A DNA stretch of 64,000 nt from positions 3,237 to 67,236 of the forward strand of contig JANXAS010000012.1 in the NCBI GenBank assembly GCA_025062195.1, written 5' to 3'. The notes beneath the pieces were generated by a model. That model did not search any database, had not been told where the DNA came from, and saw only the letters and a program-made list of their open reading frames with translations. A program made the translations under genes and the position numbers. Source of the DNA: Armatimonadota bacterium. GTDB taxonomy: Bacteria; Armatimonadota; Fervidibacteria; Fervidibacterales; Thermosaccharophagaceae. Positions within the stretch are counted from its first letter, which is position 1, and each line of letters opens with the position of its first letter. Shown in pieces: positions 8,571-16,328 of the stretch.

Positions 8571-10376
8571 ATGGCACTAAAAGTTGAGATTGGTAAACCT
8601 GCAGAGTTTAGCAGTTGGGATGAACGATCCCTCTCGGATGAGGAAGTGGAGCAGTTTTTGACTTCACAGCGAATTTTTGAATGGCATATACCTAACCCTA
8701 TTGCTGCGGAATGCCGTATCCCATCAAACGAGGCACACCTGTTGTTACTTATGGCTGAACAACTTCGCTGCATGCAATCCTTTGAAGAATTACAGTGCTG
8801 GAACCAAGTGCGCATTTCCCGCTTCCCACACCAGATTGAAACAGCTTTGAAAGTGTTGAACGAGATGAATGGGTGTGCCTTACTCGCTGATGATGTTGGA
8901 TTGGGCAAAACAATTGAAGCAGGCTTGGTGATGAAAGAACTCATTGTTAGAGGGCTTGTTAAAAGCGTGCTCATATTGGTGCCAGCATCGCTAACTCATC
9001 AGTGGTGTCACGAGATGTTTGAGAAGTTTGGGGAGAGGTTCTTTATAGCCAGCCGGGAAAACGACTGGCTATCTTATGAGCGCATAATAGGTTCAATTGA
9101 CTTGGCAAAGCGTGAACCACACAGAAGCGCCATACTTAGACGCCAGTTTGACCTGCTCATTGTTGATGAAGCCCACAAATTAAGGAACAGGCTGACCCTT
9201 GCTCATCGCTTTTGCCAAAAGATACAAAAGCGCTATGTCCTGCTCCTAACTGCTACTCCGATCCAAAACAATTTATTTGAACTTTACAACCTTGTGACCC
9301 TGATAAAGCCTGGGCAACTTGGAACATTGCGAAATTTCAAAAGGAGATATGTCCTATCCGATGACCCGAAAAAGCCAAAGAATGTCGGGGAGTTGCGTCG
9401 GTTGCTCTCATCGGTAATGATAAGACATCACAGAGATGAAGTTGGAATAACCCTCCCACCAAGATATGTGACGACGCATTACATCTTGCTTACACCTCCA
9501 GAGTTTCGCCTTTATGAGGAGATGACGATGTTCTTAAGACAGAGCTACAAGCGATTTTGCGGGGCATCCGGTAAGGAAAGACACATGCGATTGACGCTAA
9601 TATTGCTCCAAAAAGAGCTCTGTAGCACGCCTCAAGCAGTAGCAGGAACATTGCTTAAGATGGCGGGAGACGATTACCCTGGCGAATTAAGGGAAAAGAT
9701 AGCCGAATTTTTCGAGCTCGCAAGGACAATACCATTGTGCGCAAAAATTGAGCACATTAAACAACTTTTGAGCGCACTCGGTGAGAAGGTGCTCATATTT
9801 ACAGATTACATTGCCAGCATGAAAGCGATAAAAAGAGCGCTTGAAGAGCATGGACATGAAGTCGTCCTATATCACGGTGGCATGAGCGAAAAGGCTAAAG
9901 ATAGGGCTATTGAAAGGTTTAAGGAGAGTGCTGGGGTGATGATAAGCACAGAGTCGGGTGCTGAGGGACGAAATCTGCAGTTCTGTAGGGTGGTGATTAA
10001 CTTTGATCTGCCTTGGAATCCCATGCGTCTTGAGCAGCGCATTGGGCGTGTCCATAGGTTAGGACAAGATAAACCTGTGTTTGTTATAAATTTGGCGACA
10101 GAGCAAACTGTTGAGGAACACATAATTGAGGTTTTGATAACAAAGATAGGGTTGTTTGAGTTAACCGTTGGCGAACTTGAGTTAATGCTCGGTATATCAC
10201 ACCTTGAAGAGGGCATTGAACGGCTCGTTGCAGAGGCAATTATGCAAAGCGAAACACCTGAAGAGGAAAAGGAACGCCTAAGACAAGTTGGAAAACTGCT
10301 GCAACGAGCTGTGGAACGCTACGAGCGAGTGAGACAGGCAAACCAAATGTTCTGGGAACTCATAAAACAGCACTGA
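8571..10376 (+). CDS. SNF2-family (Swi2/Snf2, RapA/Rad54-like) DEAD/H-box ATPase
   Basis: Motif I is LLADDVGLGKTIEAG, motif II is LLIVDEAHKLRN and motif III is LLLTATPIQNNLFELYNL. The C-terminal helicase lobe has STESGAEGRNLQ, NFDLPWNPMRLEQRIGRVHRLGQ. The protein is compact (601 aa) and has no obvious accessory domain. Confidence 0.9.
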   Translation: MALKVEIGKPAEFSSWDERSLSDEEVEQFLTSQRIFEWHIPNPIAAECRIPSNEAHLLLLMAEQLRCMQSFEELQCWNQVRISRFPHQIETALKVLNEMNGCALLADDVGLGKTIEAGLVMKELIVRGLVKSVLILVPASLTHQWCHEMFEKFGERFFIASRENDWLSYERIIGSIDLAKREPHRSAILRRQFDLLIVDEAHKLRNRLTLAHRFCQKIQKRYVLLLTATPIQNNLFELYNLVTLIKPGQLGTLRNFKRRYVLSDDPKKPKNVGELRRLLSSVMIRHHRDEVGITLPPRYVTTHYILLTPPEFRLYEEMTMFLRQSYKRFCGASGKERHMRLTLILLQKELCSTPQAVAGTLLKMAGDDYPGELREKIAEFFELARTIPLCAKIEHIKQLLSALGEKVLIFTDYIASMKAIKRALEEHGHEVVLYHGGMSEKAKDRAIERFKESAGVMISTESGAEGRNLQFCRVVINFDLPWNPMRLEQRIGRVHRLGQDKPVFVINLATEQTVEEHIIEVLITKIGLFELTVGELELMLGISHLEEGIERLVAEAIMQSETPEEEKERLRQVGKLLQRAVERYERVRQANQMFWELIKQH

Positions 10377-10489
10377 GTAACAGTTTGTGTATTTGCAGTC
10401 AGTCTGTAAGTGGCGCTAAACTTCGGTGGTTTAGGAGAGCCACGCTTCAGTTTAAAGTCACCTACTTTTAAGAGCGCAAAACCATTACG

Positions 10490-10637
10490 CTCTTTACTAC
10501 AAACTTGTTGGTCAGGCTCGCAGTTAGCCAAGAAGTGAAGTGTCGTTAAGTTGGTGCAAAGTGCGATGTTATCATTTTACTTGCACTTCACATTCACTTT
10601 GACGGCACCACATTTTGCTTGGTGCCTTACTGCGAAC
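10490..10637 (+). repeat. Intergenic repeat element (module A, subfamily 2) between the SNF2 gene and the Cys-rich gene
   Basis: The run CTCTTTACTACAAACTTGTTGG, GCAGTTAGCCAAGAAG, GGTGCAAAGTGCGATGTTATCATTTTACTTGCACTT, TTGACGGCACC, GGTGCCTTACTGCGAACC is collinear with 12953-13107 and 16174-16285. Confidence 0.85.
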
Positions 10638-10689
10638 CAACAAACTTTTGAGTAAAGAACGAACCATTGTATGGTGGGGAGTTAACGCG

Positions 10690-12597
10690 ATGCAATGGCA
10701 GCAAAGCTTTAGCATGTCATTTGGGAGTATAAAATCTGATGCCGTTGAAACATGGCTTCGCTCACTATGTTGTAGGTTCTTTGAATCCATTGGTGCCAAG
10801 GTGGACAAAAAAGGTAAATTGCTGCACATCAAATTACCTGAGGATTCACCGTTTGAATGGGATGGTAGCGAACTTATTGTTGGATTTGAAAAAGATGCCT
10901 GTGAAGCTGTTCAAGGCGCTTTGCTATTCACCCCCGGCAGCTTGCTGTTTCATCGCGTTCATGAATGGTTAAGAGAGCATGCATTGCACATTGCTGTTAA
11001 CTTGCCCGAGATTAAAAAGCCATCGGAACCTAAACTGCGTTTTGGAAATTGTGATTTGGTTTCAGTCAGAAGAAGGAAGGTCTGTCTGCGCGGTTTGCTT
11101 GTAAGCGTCGCGCTATCATGCATGCCGGCGTTTGAAAAGGCGATACTTAAGAAGTTCATGGTGCTTGAGAACGGCTTTGTTGCAGAAGTTACCGAGAAAG
11201 TGGACAGCATTCTCTCCGATGCTGAGCCCACTAAACCTTTATTCAGCCGCTCACTTTTCAGCAAACTTTTTGGATTGCTCACCGAGAAGTGTGAGAGCTT
11301 GCTTTCGGATTGGCTTTCGGAGCTGACTCAGATTGCAAAAGAGCGCTCAAAAGCTGAGCTTAAAAGAATAATCAACTACTACTCCAGCCTGCTCGGGGAA
11401 TTAGCCATCAAAGCAAGCAACAACAGCCAATTTCGGCATGAGATGGAGAAGTTAATTGCTGAGCGAGATGAGAGGCTAAGAGAGGAGTTACAAAGATATC
11501 AGCCCTTTGTCTCGGCTCAAGTTGTTGGCATCGCTGAGGTGAACATACCAGCAATTGAATTTAGGTTTACAGTCTCAAATGACTCGCTTCAACTATCGTT
11601 TCCCACTTATTGCAACCTTTATGATGGCACTTTCATGTTCGTAGCGTGTGCCAATTGTGGCTCTCAAACAAGTTATGTAAATCTTTGCACAAGTGGACAC
11701 ATAGCATGTAACGATTGCATTTTGAGTTGTTCAACCTGCGGCACGGAATACTGTAAAAGTTGCATCCGTAATTTTTGCGAACTTTGTAATTTACCTGTCT
11801 GTGACGAGTGCCTTTTAAATTGCGGGCTTTGCCACAGGAATGTTTGTAAGATACACAACATTGAATGTGAATTCTGTCGGAAAAAAGTTTGCAAAATATG
11901 CTCAATTGAATGCCACATATGTGGAAAGGGAGCCTGTTTTGATCACTCCATAAGTTGTGCTATCTGCAGCAGAGGAATCTGTAACGATTGCTTGCAACGG
12001 GGCATTAAAGAGATGCAAAAGTGCTTTGATTGCGGAGGGGTCATCTGCAATGACCATGCAATTTTGTGTTCAACTTGTGGGCGGGTAACTTGCACAAAAT
12101 GCAGAGCTGTTTGTTCAACTTGTGGTGGGATTATTTGCACAATGCACGCTTTTAAAGCCAATTGTTGTTCAATTATTCTGTGTAATAATCACTCCGTCAA
12201 TTGTCAATCATGCGGGAAAATAGCTTGTTTAGAACACATCGCGCAATGTGGTATTTGTGGCTCAATTGTCTGCCGCCTATGCAGCAACAGATGCATAATT
12301 TGTGAACAATACTACTGCGTTTCATGTTTGGGTAGAAAAACTGTGTGCAATTTGTGTATAAGGTTGCTTAATTCACCGGAGCGAAAATTGCCATCTTCTC
12401 TACTACCGCATCCGATGCCAAAACAGATTTTAAAGACAAGAAGTTGCCGATTTGTAGCCACAAAGTGTAGGTCGGTTTACCTATGGCGTGATGGATTGGA
12501 TGGATTACTTGTTGTTGCTGATGCTTCTGGAAAAATAATCTTCGCAAAACATCTTAACGCATTATGGCTTCTTCGCCATCTGAAGAAGTGGGGCTAA
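10690..12597 (+). CDS. Hypothetical protein: ~320-aa N-terminal domain with a coiled-coil segment, a ~237-aa tandem zinc-ribbon-like Cys array, and a ~75-aa C-terminal domain
   Basis: I moved the start to the ATG at 10690 (MQWQQSF...). A GGGGAG site precedes it, and the first 25 codons of the tracked ORF lie inside the repeat element. The Cys array is described under 11647-12357. I recognise no family. Confidence 0.75.
   Translation: MQWQQSFSMSFGSIKSDAVETWLRSLCCRFFESIGAKVDKKGKLLHIKLPEDSPFEWDGSELIVGFEKDACEAVQGALLFTPGSLLFHRVHEWLREHALHIAVNLPEIKKPSEPKLRFGNCDLVSVRRRKVCLRGLLVSVALSCMPAFEKAILKKFMVLENGFVAEVTEKVDSILSDAEPTKPLFSRSLFSKLFGLLTEKCESLLSDWLSELTQIAKERSKAELKRIINYYSSLLGELAIKASNNSQFRHEMEKLIAERDERLREELQRYQPFVSAQVVGIAEVNIPAIEFRFTVSNDSLQLSFPTYCNLYDGTFMFVACANCGSQTSYVNLCTSGHIACNDCILSCSTCGTEYCKSCIRNFCELCNLPVCDECLLNCGLCHRNVCKIHNIECEFCRKKVCKICSIECHICGKGACFDHSISCAICSRGICNDCLQRGIKEMQKCFDCGGVICNDHAILCSTCGRVTCTKCRAVCSTCGGIICTMHAFKANCCSIILCNNHSVNCQSCGKIACLEHIAQCGICGSIVCRLCSNRCIICEQYYCVSCLGRKTVCNLCIRLLNSPERKLPSSLLPHPMPKQILKTRSCRFVATKCRSVYLWRDGLDGLLVVADASGKIIFAKHLNALWLLRHLKKWG
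11647..12357 (+). repeat. In-frame tandem coding repeat: about 16 modules of ~14 aa (~42 nt) with the pattern C-x2-C-x4-C-x2-[C/H]-x3
   Basis: The translation reads CSTCGTEYCKSC IRNF CELCNLPVCDEC LLN CGLCHRNVCKIH NIE CEFCRKKVCKIC SIE CHICGKGACFDH SIS CAICSRGICNDC ... CGICGSIVCRLC SNR CIICEQYYCVSC. I counted 53 Cys in 237 residues, with His replacing the fourth ligand in six modules. Confidence 0.9.
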
Positions 12598-12599
12598 CA

Positions 12600-13260
12600 C
12601 CATCTAATTTCACTAAAAATCACCCAAACATGGTGGGAATTACGCAGTTAGCGTTGTTTTGTCCGGACAGACGATAGTCTGCCAAAGAAATGAATGCTGC
12701 AAACAGTGTAGATGATGACAAAAGGGGGGCTTTAGCCCCGAACGAAACTTTATTTGAATTTTCGTGCCTGATTTGTGGATGGAAATCGCAAAAAGCAATT
12801 GCGCCATAAAATCTTGTTCAACTTTATTGGGCTTAACTTGAACACAAGGGGAACGCTTTGTAAAACTTTGAGGCACAAAACTTGTTCAAACATGCAATGG
12901 CTGAGTTAGCACGCAATGTTGTGTAACTCCTATAAATAAATATGTGGCTTTACTCTTTACTACAAGCTTTGCTGGTTAGGTTTGTAGTTAGCCACGAAGC
13001 GAATGCGAAGTGGCGTTAAATTAGTGCAAAGTGCGATGTTATCGTTTTACTTGCACTTTGCACCCACTTTGACGGCACTGTGCTTTGCTCCGCGCCTTGC
13101 TACGAAATTTTACCAACTATGAGGGCTTTAGGGTCGCTAACGAAATTCACGGCACTATGGAAAGCATATTTCCGGAAGCTTCCACGGGCTCCCTATGCTA
13201 CTACAATTTCTTGAAATGGTATAAGCCGTCCGCATCTTTACTTTTGTAGATGTTTTTTCT
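12600..13260. repeat. Intergenic repeat cluster, including a module A subfamily-2 copy at 12953-13107
   Basis: GCAGTTAGCGTTGTTTT also occurs at about 6611. GGGGGGCTTTAGCCCC is a hairpin. The run CTCTTTACTACAAGCTTTGCTGGTTAGGTTTGTAGTTAGCCACGAAGCGAATGCGAAGTGGCGTTAAA, GTGCAAAGTGC-17 nt-GCACTTTGCAC, TTGACGGCACTG, GCCTTGCTACGAAA makes up the module A copy. Confidence 0.85.
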
Positions 13261-13307
13261 GACGGACGATTGTCTACTCTTACTAAACGATGACACCTGC
13301 ATAAGTC

Positions 13308-13341
13308 CTAAATAAAAAGCGTCGGGTATATCACCCGACGC
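13308..13341 (-). terminator. Rho-independent terminator downstream of the GyrA-CTD-like gene
   Basis: The minus strand reads GCGTCGGGT-gatat-ACCCGACGC followed by TTTTTATTT. That is a 9-bp GC-rich stem with a 5-nt loop and a T-run. Confidence 0.8.
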
Positions 13342-13400
13342 TCAAACATCAAACCGCTGTGGGAAAACCTTTCCTGTCTACTTTCGGTAGCGCATAGCGA

Positions 13401-13703
13401 TTACAATGGCACAACGCTGGCTATAGAATCGCCCTCCTCAAGCACTAATAAGCGAGAACCCTTTGCGGTGCGCGATGCCGTTTTAATTTCCTCTAATTGC
13501 AGCCTAACTATGCGCCCTTGCGTTGTTGCAACAACAATCTCACCGCTCTCACCGACTGGCAATGCTGCAAGAAGTGCATCGCCCTCGGCGAGATTAACAC
13601 CAGAGACACCTTTTGCAGGGCGCTTTCGCACCCGCACCTCATCAATAGGCACTCGCTTTGCATACCCATTCTTTGTGACGACGAGCACATATTTCGCCTC
13701 CAT
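13401..13703 (-). CDS. Stand-alone DNA gyrase subunit A C-terminal repeat (beta-pinwheel blade) protein, two blades, 100 aa
   Basis: VVTKNGYAKRVPIDEVRVRKRPAKGVSGVNL and VATTQGRIVRLQLEEIKTASRTAKGSRLL match the GyrA/ParC C-terminal blade consensus (tkxGyiKRxxxxefrxqxRggkGv). A strong GGGGAGGTG Shine-Dalgarno site lies 6 nt upstream of the ATG, and a terminator lies downstream. Confidence 0.75.
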   Translation of the reverse strand: MEAKYVLVVTKNGYAKRVPIDEVRVRKRPAKGVSGVNLAEGDALLAALPVGESGEIVVATTQGRIVRLQLEEIKTASRTAKGSRLLVLEEGDSIASVVPL

Positions 13704-13832
13704 AGCTCACACCTCCCCTTTGATTTTATTTTTGCACGCAAGCATAGGCTTGCGTTTCCACATTCTATTTTAGCAACAAACTTGCGACTTGGAAAACTGC
13801 TAATATCTAATGAACACCGGCAAACAGAATCC

Positions 13833-14678
13833 TCAAATAAGTTTGTTAGACTTGAGCACTCTTTGGACAAAAGAGCGTATTGCCTTGCTGCATTCATTGT
13901 CGTTAATTGCAGCCCAAATGAAAGCTTTAAAGTAACCCTCAAAGCTTCCAACATCCATCCGAATTTGCCCATCTCTAAGTTTAACACAATAAACTGGAAA
14001 ACCTTTGTTTATCAACAAACCAATTGCATCGGTTATACCGAGTTCCTTGCCCTCACAAGTCTTAACTTCATTCAACGCCTCATAAACAACTGGGTCAAAC
14101 ACATATCTTCCAGCAATAGCAAGTCTGCTTGGCGCATCTTCTGGTGATGGCTTTTCAATAACGCCTGTAACTCGCATAGTGTGCCCATGCCTTTTAACGC
14201 AGACTATGCCATATTTGTTTGTCTCACTCCTTTTCACTAACTCAACTGCGACTGTTACGGCAGCACAATATCGCTCATGGACTTCAATCAATTCATGAGT
14301 AATATTACAGCCCTTTGGCGACCAGATTATACAGTCACCCATCGCAACAACAAATGGTTTGTCATTCGTCCACCCAATTGCGCGTTTAATTGCATCTCCA
14401 GTGCCGAGCGGTTGAGGTTGCCTCACAAAATAAATTCGGATGCCACCTGCTTTATATCCGAGCGTCATAGCACTGTCATCAAAATATGCCTCCAATGATG
14501 ACTTGTGCTTCCCTGTTACAATGAGGACATCCATAATCCCAGCCTGTGCTAACTCATCAACGATGTATTCAATTGCAGGTTTTCTACCGACTGGAACCAT
14601 TTCCTTTGGTTGCGTTTTTGTGACGGGGTGCAGCCTTGTTCCACGCCCCGCCGCCAAGATAACTCCCCTCTCAACCAT
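13833..14678 (-). CDS. galU: UTP--glucose-1-phosphate uridylyltransferase (sugar nucleotidyltransferase)
   Basis: The N-terminal signature is GVILAAGRGTRLHPVTKTQPKEMVPV. The 281-aa length is typical of GalU. A GGGAG Shine-Dalgarno site is present. Confidence 0.8.
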   Translation of the reverse strand: MVERGVILAAGRGTRLHPVTKTQPKEMVPVGRKPAIEYIVDELAQAGIMDVLIVTGKHKSSLEAYFDDSAMTLGYKAGGIRIYFVRQPQPLGTGDAIKRAIGWTNDKPFVVAMGDCIIWSPKGCNITHELIEVHERYCAAVTVAVELVKRSETNKYGIVCVKRHGHTMRVTGVIEKPSPEDAPSRLAIAGRYVFDPVVYEALNEVKTCEGKELGITDAIGLLINKGFPVYCVKLRDGQIRMDVGSFEGYFKAFIWAAINDNECSKAIRSFVQRVLKSNKLI

Positions 14679-14899
14679 CTCTCACAACTCCCACATTATA
14701 AAATTCCGATTGGGCTAAAACTTCAACTTGGGTGGCTTTATCACAATCTTGTAGTTTTCCACACGGGGTAAAGCTCCCTCACCCACCGTGCTACTTTGCA
14801 GTTTAGCACGCTCATACAGTAAAGTTAACTTGTCTTGCCCGAACACTTGCCACGCACTTATGAGCATTCCCTCTTAGTTTGCACAATGCTTGGAACGAT

Positions 14900-16290
14900 A
14901 ATTGAATTGCTTGAAGAGGCATTGCTGCGAGACATAGAAACAACAGCCACAGCATCTGACCTCACAGAGATGATTTGAAAACGATGTTAAGAATTGTTGC
15001 GCAGTTGAATTTAGAGACAGCTTATAACTACCTCTGTCTTCCTTTTCGGCATCCGTCACTTACTCAAAAGCCGCAATAGCCACACAGTTGAATGCAAGAG
15101 CAGCTGCTAAGCCGCCTGCACTATTCGTTTTTGTATTTGTAAGTGCTTTTCGGATGGACTACCATCCACCCCTACGAAACAACGCCACCTGCGCAACTCA
15201 AAAGCCGTTATTAAACAGCACCAATGCCACCGGCTTAAGCCGTTGATAGATCACGCATAATGCCCTTAACTCGGAGATTTGTTAATGTCTAACCATCCAC
15301 GCCACCGGCTTAAACGGTTAGTAGTGACGAAAACAACGAACGCTGAATTCATTCGGCGTTTTTGCGCCATCTTATAAAGACGGCACCCAAAACCTCATCA
15401 GCGACTGCTGGCTAAAACTTGTATCGCAATTTGGAGATGTGCCCACCAGCAACATTTGAAGTAAAGAGCAACAAAAGTTGAGCACTGGATTCATTCGGCA
15501 AAACTTTTGTCTTCTGAAGAGGGCACTTCGTAGAAAATGGGCTCACAGTAATATTTGCTTTGCAATGCATCATCATAATGCTCTCATTACCGCTTCGGCG
15601 AGAAGCTGCAAGGGCACATGAAATACGCGCTAAATTCCTTTCGCCATTTAGAGACGGCGCTCATGAAAAAATCGTAAACGACACCCTAAGTGACTGCGGG
15701 CTAAGGTCCGTAGCATTGGTTGGATAAAGGCATTCACAAAAAGCTTTCGTGAGGATGAGGCTCTTGCCAAACCATCCGGCTCAGCAGGAAATTCATCATC
15801 CAATCCTGTTAGGGTGAGGTTCCCGCAAAAACTTTTGGCTCACAAAAAGATTAGCATCCCAATCTCGTTAGGATGAGGTTACGCAACCTTTTGCTCACAA
15901 AAATTCATCATCCAATCTTGTGAGGGTGAGGTTTCCGCAAATCTTTTGAGGGACAAGGCTCTGCCGAGCCAAAACAATATGCAACAGCATTTTGCAAAGG
16001 GGCGTTTGCGTTTCTCTGGCAACTATTGTTCATCTGTTCGTCCTTGCAAAACAACGCAACCCACATTAACTTCTTGTGACTTACGCACATGGCATTGCCT
16101 TGTAAGCAGGATGATAGCCTGCCAGAAAATCGCTGCAAAAATGAACAATGCAATTGGCGTAAATTTTAAACCGCTCTTTGCTGCAAACTTTGTTGGTTAG
16201 GTTCGTAGTTAGCCACAAAGCGAATGCGCAGTGGCGTTAAATTGGTGCATGCGCGATATCATCATACCTGCACTTTGCGCCCCTGCCATA
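14900..16290. repeat. Intergenic repeat cluster (1.6-kb non-coding region), including a module A subfamily-2 copy at 16174-16285
   Basis: The cluster contains diverged copies of the modules GCCACCGGCTTAAGCCG/GCCACCGGCTTAAACGG, GAATTCATTCGGCG, CATTTGAAGTAAAGAGCAAC, GGGCTAAGGTCCGTAGCA and GGCTCTGCCGAGCCAAAA. The run CTCTTTGCTGCAAACTTTGTTGGTTAGGTTCGTAGTTAGCCACAAAGCGAATGCGCAGTGGCGTTAAA is the module A copy. Confidence 0.8.
15789..15950 (+). repeat. Three tandem ~56-58-nt units
   Basis: The units read AAATTCATCATCCAATCCTGTTAGGGTGAGGTTCCCGCAAAAACTTTTGGCTCACAAAA / AGATTAGCATCCCAATCTCGTTAGGATGAGGTTACGCAACCTTTTGCTCACAAAA / ATTCATCATCCAATCTTGTGAGGGTGAGGTTTCCGCAAATCTTTTGAGGGAC. Confidence 0.85.
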
Positions 16291-16328
16291 GTTCCAATTT
16301 GCTTGCCACCGCACAATTGATTGAAACA

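Noticed and set aside
10615-10689. Tracked start (10615) of the Cys-array protein
   Set aside because: These 25 codons lie inside an intergenic repeat copy found at five other non-coding sites. The ATG at 10690 has a GGGGAG site upstream.
13401-13703. The GyrA-CTD-like ORF as a pseudogene fragment of gyrA/parC
   Set aside because: This is not fully excluded, but I consider it less likely. The ORF starts cleanly at a blade boundary with a strong Shine-Dalgarno site and ends with its own intrinsic terminator. No further gyrA-like sequence is visible in any frame on either side.
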